Shown here: positions 1-12,447 of the stretch, piece after piece
Layout: every line of letters begins with the position of its first letter
Position numbering within the stretch: position 1 is the stretch's first letter
Assembly (NCBI GenBank): GCA_004431415.1
Contig: QPMI01000423.1
Location: forward strand, 288,164 to 352,163
DNA from: Cyanophora paradoxa CCMP329
Taxonomy: Eukaryota; Plantae; Glaucophyta
DNA: 64,000 nt
Direction: 5' to 3'
Translations under genes and position numbers: made by a program
Notes under the pieces: generated by a model
What the model was told of the DNA's origin: nothing
Database searches by the model: none
Seen by the model: only the letters and a program-made list of their open reading frames with translations

Positions 1-1019
1 GAACGGGGGTACGGACGCGGAGGGAGAGGCTCGTGAGGTTCGTGAGCTGGGCCAGGGCGGGCCCGGCGCTGGGGGGTAGGAAGTTTCCGGAGAGGGAGAG
101 GCGGGAGAGGGAGGCGCCGGCGGGGCCGGCGGCGAGGGAGGGCAGGTCGGAGGCGGGATCCGCGGACATGGGCAGGACGAGGGAGAGATCCTCCAGGGGA
201 AGGGCCGCGAGGGGTACCACCGCGCTCGCCACCGCGAGGCGCGCCGAGAGGACGCGGAGGGAGGGGTACCGCCTCGCGAGCTCGGCGGCGGTACCCTCCA
301 GCAGGGCGAGCTGCCCCGGCTCGAGGCGGAGCTCGGAGAGGGAGGGGGGAAGGAACGCGAGGGCGCGCGCGGGGTCCCGGCTGAACGTTCGCCACTCGAC
401 GAGGGGCGCGCGGAGCCAGAAAGCGTCCTCGAGGATGCCGAAGGCGCGCAGGCGCGGGAGGGACCCGACGGCTCCGAAGAGCGCGTCCAGCGGGAGGGCT
501 TCCGCCCGCCCCTGCGCCTCCTCGCCCGCCTCGTGCTCCAGCAGCGCCTGGCGGGCGTGAGGGCCCGCGGCCCGGCCGCGCGCTGTGCTTGGGCTCGGGC
601 CGGACCGCACCTCGACATCGTCCCGCGAGCGGAAGGAGAGGTCCAGGACCTCCACTCCCCGCAGGCGCTTCAAGAGCTCGAGAACGTGCGAGACTTCGGG
701 CGCGTTGCGCGCAGCGAGGCGGGCCTGCCAAAGGCCGCTATCATGAGCGGCGGCCGCCGAGTGGCGGCCCTGCGCGTTCTTCGGAGCGCACCGCGGTACA
801 CGTGAGACCCGTTCGGAATGCGCACGCCAAGGCGCGCATCTTGGCGGCTCGTTCGCGCGGTTCGGCCAGCAGGTCCAGGACGCCGAAGCGGGCGCCCAGC
901 ACGCCGTCGCGGAGGGCGCGGCTCGTTGCGGCGAGAGGGAGAGCATGTACTGGGCCAAGCTGCTCGATGATGGAGAGCAGCACGTCGCGCGGAAGGCCAG
1001 GCAGGCCGGGCTGGTCCAT
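1..1019 (-). CDS. F-box-like / leucine-rich-repeat-like protein, spliced, 3' part runs off the window start
   Basis: N-terminus MDQPGLPGLPRDVLLSIIEQLG...LAATSRALR fits the F-box pattern LP.D.L..I...L......L...SR. Downstream minus-strand frames give LRR-like strings (LRGVEVLDLS, LPRLRAF, PPSLSELRLE, YPSLRVLS, PSLEDLSL). Exon boundaries are not fully resolved. Confidence 0.6.
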
Positions 1020-1791
1020 GTTCGGACGAAGCCGCGCAGCCGGCCGCGGCCGCGGCCGGGCGCCGGCGCCGTCGACGTCGGCTGACTTCGACGGCGAGCT
1101 AAATGATGCCTGGCGTTAGCATCGCCTGTACGCCCAGCGGGCTTCGCGCTTACTGAGCGCCACGCTGGGATACCACGTTCACTGATCGCTCAGCTGATGC
1201 CAGCAGTCGACGTCGCGCTCATGCTGGCGCTTAAGCTTGGACTTGCCTCTTCCCGCCGCGATAACAGAAAGATCAGCCAGCCCGGTTCTAGCACAGGTGC
1301 AAGTGCCAGGAGGCCCCTTGGTGCAAGCCCGCCCGACGCTATTTAGCCGCCCCCACTCGCCCACCACAACCGCAGGTAGAATTCGAAGGCCAGCGTGGCC
1401 CCGGCAACCGGAACGAGCAAAAAGCCTTATGGTATTTCACCCAGGCACGAAGGCGGGGGCGGCGGAGAAGAAACACACAATTCCGGCAGACCTGTTGATG
1501 TCGACCGAGGGTGCTGGTGCCGACGCACATGTCTCGCTGTGTTGCTGGAAAGAGCGGGAAAAAGAGGGAACTAGGTTGCTGGGTTGCAAGGACTGGGCCG
1601 CCGGGCTGCTCCGCACCTAGGCCGGGACAAAGAACAAGCGCTGGGTTGCTGTGCCCGCCTTTCCGATCCAGCGAGGAGAAGAGCAGCCTGGCAGCGAAAA
1701 GAAACGTGGATGGAGTGTCGGAAAGAGGAGGAGGCGGAAAGGAACAGCCAAAGCGTTGCTGGGGGACTGAGATGGATGGTTGACGAAGCGG

Positions 1792-2798
1792 CTACTCATT
1801 CATGCGCATTCTGGAAGGCCGGTTAGTGTGAAGGAAATGGAAAGGCGCGTACAACACAAACGGACCGGCCCATCTGCAAGCAAGAGCGTTAGTTAAAGCT
1901 CGAGCAGAAAGCCGGCGGGAGGGAAATGCTCACTGTTGTGAATTCGGTCATGCCACGCCCAGAGCCAGTGACGCCAACCTTCCCATCGACCTGCCGCTGG
2001 TGTGAGAATTGCGAGACCGGAGTGCTAAGGAGAACGCACCGAGTCAGGGGACTTGAACATACTCTCCTTCTTCTTGAGACTGAGGCCCGTCAAATAGCCC
2101 TTCGGCGCCTTGCCCGGGCCTTTGTTCACGAACTTCTGCCACTCCTGAGCCCGCACCTTCGTCTCATCCTGCACAAATGGCACCGTAAGCTGCATGCATA
2201 CAAGGCGCCGGCGAGGGACGCAATTCATGCGCACGGGTGCCTTGTCTTTCTTCTTGTCGTCCTTCTTCTTCTTCTGCTCTTTGCCGCCCTGCTGCCCCTC
2301 CGCGCGCTTCTTGCCGGCGAGCTTTGTGTCGGCCTCTGTGAGAGGCGTGTCTGGAGACCGCAAGCTCGCCAGGGGTATTGTGTGCATCACTCCAGTGTCA
2401 GTGAAATTCACTGCGGGGACGCAACCGTCATCAGTCTGACCACCGGGCTCTCGCGCGCCTCACGCACCAACAAAGCGCCCGTCGGGCTCAATGTGCGTGA
2501 CGACAGCAGGGGCCCACGTGTTCTTGTGCATTGCCAGGACTTTGGAGCCCATCTGAGGCCGGAAAGGCTTCTCCGCCGCGCCGCTGCTGCTTGCCCCGCC
2601 CTCGGACGCCTTCGCGGTCCGGAGGAGGTCTTCTGTGATCGAGATCAGGTCTTTGATGTCCTGCTTGAGCTTCTGGAATGCCTGCTTCGTCTCCTCATCG
2701 GGATCTGTGTTGAGGGCGGCCTGGATCTCGTCGAGCTGCGCCCGGTAGCCGCCGAGCTTCTCCTCGAGCTCCGCAACGCTGTCCATAGCGACGGCCAT
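1792..2798 (-). CDS. SMNDC1: Survival-of-motor-neuron-related splicing factor 30 (Tudor domain), spliced
   Basis: N-terminal LEEKLGGYRAQLDEIQAALNTDP...LKQDIKDLISITEDL; Tudor-like GSKVLAM...W.PAVV...F.V.F; C-terminal EWQKFVNKG...KKKESMFKSPDS|VDGKVGVTGSGRGMT. GT-AG introns join these in frame. Start is ATG 2798 or 2786; predicted stop TAG at 1792-1794. Confidence 0.9.
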
Positions 2799-3338
2799 GT
2801 GCTGAGAGAAGCCCGAACCGCGAACCCGGCGAACCGCTTTTCCCGGGTACAGTGCCTTGGAAGTTGGAGCTCAACATTCCGAACGAGCGGCGCAGACTGG
2901 TCTAGCACTGCCTGCTAGCAGGGCGAGCCTTGAACTTCTGAAAGCGGCGCCGCCGCCATGGAAGCCTTCGCCAGAAGAGGTTCGTTTGCGCATCGCATAA
3001 CGTGACACACGTCGGCACTCCGGGCTGCTGTGCAGCGCGTTCCAAGTGATGCGCAGCACTGAATTAGCCGATCTCCGACGACGCAGGCAACCAGATTATC
3101 AGCGAGAATGCTTCAAGACCCGTGTCGGAGCCAGAGCTCTCCGAGCGCGGTGCGCAGCTGCGCTTTAACTGCTTCTCAAGCTGAATTTTGAACTGCGGTC
3201 GCGGTACAGATGCGGCGCTCGCGGCGTTGAGCGAGAAGGATTTTGATGGCGTTTTCGCTGGCACCAACGTGGCCCTTCGCAGTGCGTGATACTCTGCTAG
3301 AATCTAGAGCGTGCGTTGATGCTTCCGCAGGCGCATCC

Positions 3339-4447
3339 ATGCTCCTGTCGCGCTTCTGGGGCGGCGGCAGTGACGAGGTACGCGTGACGGAAGCGTCCTC
3401 CCGCCACAGCACAAACCGACTCCGCCCCACAGAACGCCAGCGGCCCCGAAAATGGTGGTGCGCAATCGAGGAGAACGGGAGTGTGTGTCTGCCGTTCGCT
3501 GACGCCTCGCAGCCGCGCTTTTCTCAACCACGGCGCTCGTATCGAAGGCACGGGCCTCCGCATGCGTCCCCGGGTCCTCTGGCTCCGAAGTCCCGCTCAA
3601 AGCGTTCATCTCCGTGATGCGCGAGATAGCCAAAGTCTTCGGTTAGCGCCTCCGCCTCCGCCTCCGCCATGCGGATTCTGGGCGAACGCGCCGCGCCGTG
3701 CAGACGTCCTCGGCACGGCCTTCAGCTTCGTCAAGGAGGACATCACAGTGAAGGCTGAGATCCTCGAGCGAATGCAGTCCGCCAGCCGCGGTCCGTCGTT
3801 CCTCGCCTCGCGCTTGACCTCTCACGATCGCTGAGGCGCGCGCGGCACGCAGGGGTCTTCAAGACGATCCAGGACCTGTGCAGGTGGGAGATCCAGAAGG
3901 ACATCATATCGAAGCGCGACAGCGGCACCTGGCACGCCGTCCGCCTCATCTGGCTGCTCGAGTTCATGGAGGTACCCCGCGCCGGCCGCCAGGAGCTGTA
4001 CCCCCTTCTGGAGGAGGACCTAACGCCGGCCTGGCAGGTCTTCTCCGTCGAGCTGTCGACGACGACGAAGTCTTTGCAGGAGTGCGCCACGCAGGCGTAC
4101 AATGCGGTGCGGACCCGCACTTCGCCCCCGCCCCCATCGCGCGACCTGACGAGCCCGCGCCGGCCAGTCTCTGTCCATGCACCACCCGTTCCCCATCCGC
4201 GCCGCCGTCGGAGTCGCGCTGGGCCGGCTGCCAGCCCGCGAGAAGTTCTGGTGCGCGATCGCCTGTGCCTGTACCCCCCGCGCCGCGCCCCCGCCCGGGC
4301 CCGAGCCGCGCCCTGCGCAGCGAGCTCATCAAGACCGACGTGAAGAAGGCAGTCGGCGACCTGAAGGAGTTCTCGTGCATCGTCGAGCCGATCCGGGCGA
4401 GCCTCAAGCGCTTCCACAGGGAGAACGACCTCGCACGGCTCGAATAG
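3339..4447 (+). CDS. Glycolipid-transfer-protein (GLTP/CPTP/ACD11-like) family protein, spliced
   Basis: Spliced product reads IAKVF|DVLGTAFSFVKEDITVKAEIL...SGTWHAVRLIWLLEFME|...ECATQAYNA|SLSMHHPFPIRAAVGVALGRLPAREKF, matching GLTP-fold motifs (F.FV..D...K, RL...L.F, AY...L..HH). All introns are GT-AG. Confidence 0.85.
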
Positions 4448-5029
4448 AGTACCCAGCGAGCTAAATGATTGAATCCCGAGCCTCGACTTCTTTTCGCGTT
4501 TTTCAAGCAGTCAGACAGGGATTTTCCCCTGCGTATATGAGAGAGACCAGCTGCGGCTGAAATGTTTCCTGCATACCTATTCGCAGCATAACTTTCGTAG
4601 ACGTACTATTCAAAGCTATTCTACCTTACCGAACCTTTCGTATTCTCGTGTTTTCGTCGTGCTATTTGTTGTACCTTCTGTGCCTTTGTACAGCTCACAG
4701 ATCTGAGATTAAACACCGTTTCAAACCCGATGCACACTTGCGAATTCGTGCATGCAACTTGCAACGTTTAAAATTTAACCGGCCGCGGGCGCCGGCTGAG
4801 GGTGGAATCTCACAAAGCTACAATTTGCAACCTCCCGGCCCAACACTGCCGCGAGGAGGTAGCATCCGATCCCCCCACTGGACCGCCCGCGATGCCTTCA
4901 TGGCTAGCGCTTGGCTTGGTGATAAATTTGCCGTTCTGATTCGTTCGTGGAATACACGAGCCTAGCTCGAACGAATCGCGCGGGACGCGGGCACTGCCTG
5001 GCAGGCAGGCAGGCAATCGAGCTCCGGGC

Positions 5030-7163
5030 TCACTGGGAGGTGTCCATGGCGCTGCCGCCGCTGCCGCCCTCGCCGTCCTAGAAGCGCGCGCGCGCGCACG
5101 CCCGCGCCGTCAGCTTGGAGGTGCGGCGGAGGGGGCGGCAGCGGCGGAGGGGGCGGCCACCTGCTTCTTGTCTCCTTGGCCCTCGTCCTTCTTGCCGGCG
5201 TCCTCGGCCTTGGCCGGGGCGCCCTCCTCTTTCTTCGCCTCGGCCGCGGGGGCCGCCGCCGGGGTCGCCGGGGTCGCCGGTGCCGCCGCGCTGCCCTGCT
5301 GCTCCCGCTCCGCCCGCTCCTGCACCGCCCGCACGAAGCCCTCGACGCCTGCCGTAGAGCCGGTCAGAGGCGCCCGCGCGGGAGAAGGAACTAGGTTCGT
5401 GTACGAGAAAACGGGCGAGGCGGCGGCGGCGGAGGCGGTGGCGGCAGCGGTGGCGGCGGCGGCCGTGCAGTGGGGACCCGCGTGGGTGCGGCGCATGCGT
5501 GCGTGCCGAGCAGAGGGGGCGAGGGGCGGGGCGGGCGCACCGTGGATTGCGTGCACGGGGTTGAGGCCGAGAGAGGTCATGAAGTCCCCGCCCTGGGGCG
5601 ACTGGAGGACGCGGGACATGGCGTCGAGGGTCTGCCGGAACTGGGGCGAGCGGGTGGACTGCGGCAGCTCGCCGGCCGTGCGGAGCTCCTCGGGGAGGAG
5701 CGGGATGAGCGCCGCCCGCACGCGCTCGTCGGAGAGGTACGGGACCAGAGCCTCCGGGGCCAGCACGTCCGCGAGGTCGGGCCCCGAGGCCGCTGCGGCG
5801 GCGCCCGCCCGCCCGTGAGCGCGCCCCGCGGGGCCGGGCCGGCGCGGGCGCGGCGGGGGCGGAGGCGGCGCACCCTGCTGCTGGGCGGCGAGCAGAGCGG
5901 CGAGGTTGAGGCCTGCCTGCGCCTGGGCCGCCGTTGCCGGGGCCGCCCCGCCTGCGGCGGAGTTAGCATGCAGGGGGCATGCACTGCACGTGCGGCAGGG
6001 TGTTGTGCATGTGTGCGTGCGTGCGTGCGTGTGTGGGTGAGGGCGGCGTGCCGTGCGTGCGCGGCTCGGGTGCCCCGTGGGGAAAGCGGGGGAGTGCGCG
6101 TGGGGGGCGGCGGCGGGGAGCAGGTGAGGCGCGAACCCTCGGGCTGAGGCATGCCGAGCCCCCGGAGGATAGACTGGAGCTCCGAGAGCTGAACGTTGGA
6201 CCTGCGAGAGGGCTCAGGGCGAGCCGAGGGCGCGGGCTGGGGCGGCGGAGGCAGCGGCCGCGAACCCGAGAGCGGGGGCAGCGCCCGCCACGGCGGTCGA
6301 CGCGCCGCCCGCCGGGGCGCTGCTCGGAGCGCTCGAGCCGCTCGAAGCGCCGCCCGTCACATCAACTGCGGTGGCGGCGGAGTGAGCGATCCGGAGGAGA
6401 AATGCTGAAGAGCGCAAAAAGGGAGAGGGCGCACTCCCAGCGTGCTCCGCGCCTGGTGTCGGCGGGTTGTTGATGAACTGCGGACAGCGACACGTAAACC
6501 GGGGAAAGAGAAAACGAGGAAGTGGTCGGGTCAGCTGGAACCCCCGACCAGACCGAGCGCACCTCGTTGATCTTCTGCACGTACTCATTGTCCTTGTCAT
6601 CCTTCGGCTCCTGGGACCAGAAGAAGTGGCTGCGATGCGCGCGTGAGACTGCCGCGGACCTTCACTGACTGGGCTGGCTGACCGCTTCTTGGTGGCTTCG
6701 AACTCCAGCAAGAACACGCGGCCCGTCGTGCACTTCTCGACCTTGCTGAACTTCGCATCTTGCGGGAAGATCATCAAGTCCTGCGGCAAAAGCTGAGCCT
6801 CGGGGGGATGTTTCGGCGGGCCCGGCGCGAGCTTACTTCCTCCGGAGCGCTGGCGGTGCGCTCCTTCCATGTCAGATGGATGAGACCCGTGCCTGGCTCC
6901 TGCGCGAGCGGTCACGCGCGCCCGCCGCACTTGAATGGTCGCTGGCTGCGCGGGGATGAACCTGGAAGAGGGTGAGCGTGCCCTTACGTATGTCAGGCGT
7001 TACATGTATGCCATCGTACATCATCTTGCCAGCGCGGAACGAAACCAGGGTGCCCTGTACATCGGCGGGACCAAACTCAGCGCTACGGCGCCAGGCGCCC
7101 CCGTGGCTCATGCCATAACAAGGAACGCACCGGCGTGGGCCTGGCGGGCGCGAAGAGCGACAT
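5030..7163 (-). CDS. RPN13: Proteasome ubiquitin receptor Rpn13 (Pru domain plus C-terminal UCH37-binding domain), spliced
   Basis: MSLFAPARPTP|GTLVSFRAGKM...VTPDIRKG...DLMIFPQDAKFSKVEKCTTGRVFLLEF...HFFWSQEP is the Pru domain. C-terminal LIPLLPEE...RSPQFRQTLDAMSRVLQS. Last exon DGEGGSGGSAMDTSQ* with TGA at 5030-5032. Confidence 0.93.
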
Positions 7164-7228
7164 TGTTGAATTTGCAGGGGGGCAATGCAGGGCTGTCGGC
7201 GGGTACAGCGGAGAACGGCTGGAAAAAA
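7164..7228. promoter_or_regulatory. Very short divergent spacer between the RPN13 and ICE2-like start codons (putative bidirectional promoter)
   Basis: The RPN13 ATG (minus, 7163) and the ICE2-like ATG (plus, 7229, in AAAAAAATG context) are 65 nt apart. Confidence 0.5.
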
Positions 7229-10200
7229 ATGCAGGCCGCAGCAGAAGAAGGCGCGTTGGACGACGGCAGCGCTGTGGGCGACGGAGAAGCAGCGGAAGAG
7301 GATGCGCTCGAGCTGATGGAGCCCGGCGCTGCGAGCGCTCAGCTGCAGGAGCGGTTCTGCGGGCCCGGCGGCGACATCCCGGGGCCGGATTGGTTCGCCA
7401 GGCCGAGGCGTCTGTCTCCCACGATTGGCCCGCCGCCCGCGGACGTTGATCCCGTCGCTCTTGCGGGGCCCTCGAGGCGCGCGCGACCGCCGCAGCGCTC
7501 CAACCGCCACGCGCTGACGCGTACGTGCGCTCAGGGCAACGACGGGCCTGGATGATCCCTGGTTCTTCACGCCGGAGGAATTCGACGCGTACTCGGCGCG
7601 ATGGGCGCGCATCCACGCGGGCCTGGAGAAGGCGCTCGGCGGAGCCACGAAGAACAGCGTGCCGCTCTCATGCGCCCTGTGCTTTGAGGAGCCGCGGAGC
7701 GTGCGGGCGGACGTGGCGCCGATCGCGCCGTCCGGGGAGCAGTCCGCGCCGGTCGCCCCAGCGACCGCCGCGCCCGTCTCGACGAAGCGCCCTTCCCTGT
7801 TCAACCACGCGCGGAAGCAGGACGGCGGCGTCAAAGAGGAGCCCTCCGGCTCGGCATCGGCTGCTGTGCACGCGGCCCCGCCCGCTGCGGCGACTGAGCC
7901 GCCCGCCGTAGTCGCCGCCACCGCCGCGGCCGCGCCAGCCCGCCCGCCAGCCGTAGCCGTGCTGAGCCCGGCCCGCGCACCGGCCCGCGCTCAGAGCTTG
8001 CACCCGCCGGCCCCGCCCTCGCCCGGTGGCCAGCCGCCGCGGGCGCAGTCGCAGCCGCAGCCGCACCCGTCGGCCACCGCGGCGCCGGGGCCGGCGGGCC
8101 TGCAGAAGGCTCCGTCCGCCGGCGCGGCGCCGGGGCAGGCGCAGGCGCAGGCGCAGGCGAAAGCGGCGCCGCCGCCTGCGCGGTACTCCAGCCTCAGCGT
8201 GGCCGAGCACAGCGAGTACATGTCGCTCCTCCGGCGCGCCGCGGCCGACGAGCCGGCCCGCGCCGCCGCCGCCGCCGCCGCCGTGCGCGCCCGCGCGCCC
8301 GCGCGCTCCCAGCGGGGCGAAGCCGGCTAACGCAGGCGCAGGGGCTGCCGGCGCCGGGCCCGACGCTCTCGCCGGCCGAGGAAGGCCGCCTGCGGGAGCT
8401 GCGGGCCCGCGTGGACGCCGAGGCGGCCGAGTTCCACCGCTGGTGCCACGCCCGCGCCGTCGCCGACCCCCGCCCCTACGCCTTCCTCCACTCCTCCATC
8501 CTCCAGCAGCTCCAGGCGCGCGCGTACCCCCCTCTTCTCCCCCCCCTTCTCGCTCACAGATCAACGCGAAGGCCGTGCTGGAGCTGAAGCGGGCGCGCAT
8601 GCGGGCCTTCGGGCACCGCTTCGTGCGGGTCGCCGACTGGCGGCTGGACCTGGCCGGGATCGAGCCGGCGCCCGGGGACCCCCGCCTAAAGCACTCCGCC
8701 ACCCTCCTCCGCCTCGTCCGCCCCTCAAGCTCCGCTTCGCTTTCTCAGGGCTTTCCTGACGATTTCTTAGGGCCGGGTGCTGGAGTACGCGCCGCCGCAG
8801 CCGAACGCGCGGCTGGAGCCCTCGACCCTCGCCTTCGACCTGGGGCCCGCCGCCCCCTCGCTGCCCCTCCTCCGCCGCCGCCCCGGCCACTGGCTCAAGA
8901 AGGCGAGCCTTCCTCCCTACTCCTCCTCCTCCTCCGAGTCTCTCCGTCTAAGTCTGTCTGCCCCGCCTGCAGAGCATGCCGCCGGTGTCGGAGGACGAGC
9001 GGGCGGCGGCGCTGGCGGCGGAGCGCGGGGCGCACGTCGTGACCTCCTCCGGCGCCCTCGCCGCCCTCGTCGACAACTTCGGCCCCTCTTTCGCCTCGTG
9101 CGCCCCGAGAAAAGATCAGTAGATGCCAAGAACTCTCAAGGAACTCTACCTGCTAGTACTTCCTCCTAAGACAGTCTCTATGAACGGCACCGCCCGCTCG
9201 GCCCGCTCATCTGAGCCCTCTAATCTGACCTGACTCGTCCGACTCGCCAGCGAGTGGACGCTCCCCGTGGTGGTCACCGGCGAATACGGCAGTGCGCCCC
9301 CTCTCCTCCCCCCGTTCACCCAAGCAGTCGCCTTCTTTTCTAGAGCGCGTCGCTCGCACGTCGCCGCCCTCCCGCCCGCCCGCCCCTCCCCCTGGGTTCT
9401 CCGCCCTGCTAGGACTTTAGGTAATATTCTAGAGCAGTATTCTACAGTATTCTATATCTTCGTGCTCGTTCGTTTTTGTCTGCCGATCTTGATCGCCTCT
9501 CCGGGGGCGGCAGAGGAGCGCCGGGTCTTCGTGGACAAGCCGCTCCTCCGCTCCCGCCTCACCTTCCGCGAGAAGAACGCCACCATCTACAAGGTCAGAT
9601 CCGATCCGATTACCTCAGATCTGATCTGATCTGATTTGATCTGATCTGATCGCGTCCGCGCAGGCGCTGCTGCAGAGCGAGGGCCTCAAGACTGAGGGGC
9701 AGAGCTCCTTACCCTTCTCCGCGGCGCCGGCCCCGGCCCCGGCGCCGGCGCCGGCGGCGTCTTTCTCTTCGCCCTTCGGAGTAGAAACAGGAGAAGCAGA
9801 GGCTACGGCCACGGCTGCGTCGGCGGCGTCGGCGGCGGGGTCCCTTGCGGACGACAACCTGACGTACACGCTCTGGTCCTTCGGGCCCGACCTCTCCCTC
9901 CTCGTCCGCTGCCGCTGGCACGCCATCCTGCCCGAGCCCGGCTCCCAGCCCGTGCGCACGTACCCCCCTCCATCCCCCCTCCCCCCGCCCGCCTCCTCTT
10001 CCTTCGTTTTTTGAGGGGGGCGGCAGGGGTACCGGTGCGTGGGGGTGGTGCCGAAGCTTGAGTACAGGCCGGAGGAGGGCTGGGAGCAGGTACCTCCCCC
10101 TAACCCTCCCCCACTTCCCTTCCCCCCCTCCCTACTCCTCCCCCAACCCCCCTCCCGGCCCCCCACCTGCGACCTCGTCCCCCTCGCCTTTCTTCCCGGG

Positions 10201-11829
10201 GTCCTTCCAGACAGACTTCCTAGACGCCTGCCGCCCCGCCCCGACTGCGCGCCTGACGTGGGGGCGGGGCCCGCCTCAGGTGACGGCGTCGGAGACGGCG
10301 CGGTGGTGGGTCCGCACGTACCTCCGCCCCGACGCCCACCTGATCGTCGGTCCGCCCGCCCCCCCGCCTCCCCCCCCTCCGCGCCCGCCTCTGCTCGTGC
10401 CCCCCTCCGGGCGTTTGCGTGGCCACTCTTGCATGCCTCTTTTCCCTTATTCTTAACCGGCCCCGCCCCCGCCCCCGCAGGGCGCGTGGCGCTGCCGGAG
10501 TCGCGCATCGCGCGGCTCGAGAAGCTGACGACGGCCGACATCCTCTACCCCGGCTGCCCCTTCCGCCCCGAGCGGCATCTGAAGGTGCCGCCTCTCTCTC
10601 TCTCTCTCTCCCCCCCCCCCTACTTCCAGCTTCCTTCCCTTCGTTCGCAGGTGGCCCTGGAGGTCTTCAGGCGCCTGCGGCTCCTCCCCGCCGGCCGCTA
10701 CCTCCTCTCCCACCGCCGCGGCGACCCCGAGGTACCCTGTACCCCCCTTCTTTCCTCCAGAACTCTGTACCCCTGCTCAGCTAGCGGGCTTCCGGGCCGG
10801 CGGGCGCCAGGTTGGGCTCTTCCGCTGCGCGGACGGGGAGGCCTCGTCGGTACCCCCAGCATTGGGCTCGGGTTCGAATCCGGCCGGGGCAGTGCCCGGG
10901 CCCGGGCCGGAGGCGGTGGACCTGCACGAGCTCTCCATCACCGCCGGCGCCACCGACACCGAGGCCGTGCGCTCAATACATCTATTCTAACTCTTCTTTG
11001 TTATTTGTATCTTAATTTCTTTCCTTAGGTGGCGTACGTGCCCCTGATTTGGAGCGGCCCGCCGGACCGGGCCCCGTTCACGTTCCCGCCGTCCCCGGAG
11101 GAGCTTAGGCCGCCGCCCGCCCCGCCCGAGGCGACCGGGTCCGGGGCCCGCGGCGGCGGCGCCAAGCGGGGCGCCAAGCGCGCCCGTGGGCCCGGAGCCC
11201 CGCGGGGCGGCCGGGGTGGCGCCCCGGGCCTGGCGGCGGCGCGGAGGGGCCCCCGCGAAGCGCGGCCGCGGGGCGGCGGCGACGCGCGGGCGCGGCGAGC
11301 CGCGCGGCCGGGGCCGGGGCCGAGGGCGGGGCGCCGGCCGGGCCGGGGCCGGGGCTGGGCGCCGGAGGACGGGGAGGGGGGGTACGCGTACGAGCCCCCA
11401 GACGAGCGTGACGTGGCGGAGGCGGCGCTGGCGGCTGCGGAGGCGCCCGAGGCGGCCCCGCAGCGGGTGAAGAAGCGGTCGTACGGGGCCGCCCCGGGGG
11501 CGTCGCGGAGCCGGGCGTACGGGGCGCGTCCGGCGTGGGACCTGGACGGGAGCGGCGCGGCTGGCGGGGACGACTTCCTGAGCGAGCTGGCGGCGCTCAG
11601 GAAGCGGTCCGCGGAGCTCGCGGCGCGGGACGCGGCGGAGGAGGCGGAGGGGGAGCAGAGGTCCGCGCCGCCCCCCGGAACCGGGGCGGGCGGCCGCGAG
11701 CAGCCGGGGGGAGGCGGAGAGCCCTCGCACGGCCACGGCCACGGCCACGGCTACGGCTACGGCGAGGAGGAGGAGGAGGACGAGGACGAAGGGCCGGAGG
11801 AGCTCGCCATCGCGGAGGACGACCGGTGA
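7229..11829 (+). CDS. ICE2: ICE2/NARG2-like protein (little elongation complex subunit 2; NARG2_C domain), spliced
   Basis: Exons encode YSSLSVAEHSEYM; VSEDERAAALAAERGAHVVTSSGALAALVDNFGP...EWTLPVVV; VFVDKPLLRSRLTFREKN; DNLTYTLWSFG..LSLLVRC; VVPKLEYRPEEGWEQ|VTASETARWWVRTYLRPDAHLIVG|RV; LPAGRYLLSH. These match metazoan ICE2 motifs as I recall them, in the same order. Confidence 0.75.
9596..9651 (+). repeat. (GATCT/GATCC)n pentanucleotide microsatellite in an intron
   Basis: cagatccgatccgat...agatctgatctgatctgatttgatctgatctgatc. Confidence 0.85.
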
Positions 11830-12447
11830 CCCGTGACCCGCGCTCGGCGCCGCCCTCGCTCGTTCGTCCATGGACCAGCTTTCTCAATATGCGAAATACT
11901 TTAGTTCTTTCTGATCATCGCGGAGAGACTCCGGTGAGACTCTTGAAGCGGGGGCCCGGGGACACTGCGGTCTAGACCGTCCGGAGTCCGGAAATCAATT
12001 AGCTGCGCATGGGCGTAATGCATCCTGAAGCTTGATGCCGGTTAAACTCCTGCACGAGCTTCCGTTTGTTAAACTTCCGGATCCGGAGTCCTGTGAGGCT
12101 CAGGCTGAAGCGAGACTGCTCTTGGATTCCTATTCGAAGCCTCCAAGCCTTGAAGCTTCCGTCTGTCGAACTCCTGTGCGAGCTGTCCCGGGCTCACTCA
12201 TGATCATGATCAGTGAGGCAGGCGAAGGGGGCGGAGCGGGGAGCGCGTGTGCTCCCCTCCCCCCTCCCGGCCCCCCGCACTCGATCATCGATCGATCATT
12301 ACTCAATGGATCGGTACTTGGATCCCGCAGTGCGCATGCGGCAAACAGACAGCTAGTACTTATAATTACATTTTAGGTCGCGTAGTACCCAGGCTCATCG
12401 CCAGAGGCGGCACCGCCGCCCCGCGCCAGAGCGCGGCGCGCCTGCAG

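Noticed and set aside
1095-4469. Shared 14-mer GCGAGCTAAATGAT at about 1095 and 4456 as element ends
   Set aside because: The match is short and flanks ordinary housekeeping genes, with no other element hallmark.
9280-9513. GC donor at 9280 in the ICE2-like gene
   Set aside because: A consensus GTGCGC donor at 9292 gives the same phase, so it was not counted as GC-AG.
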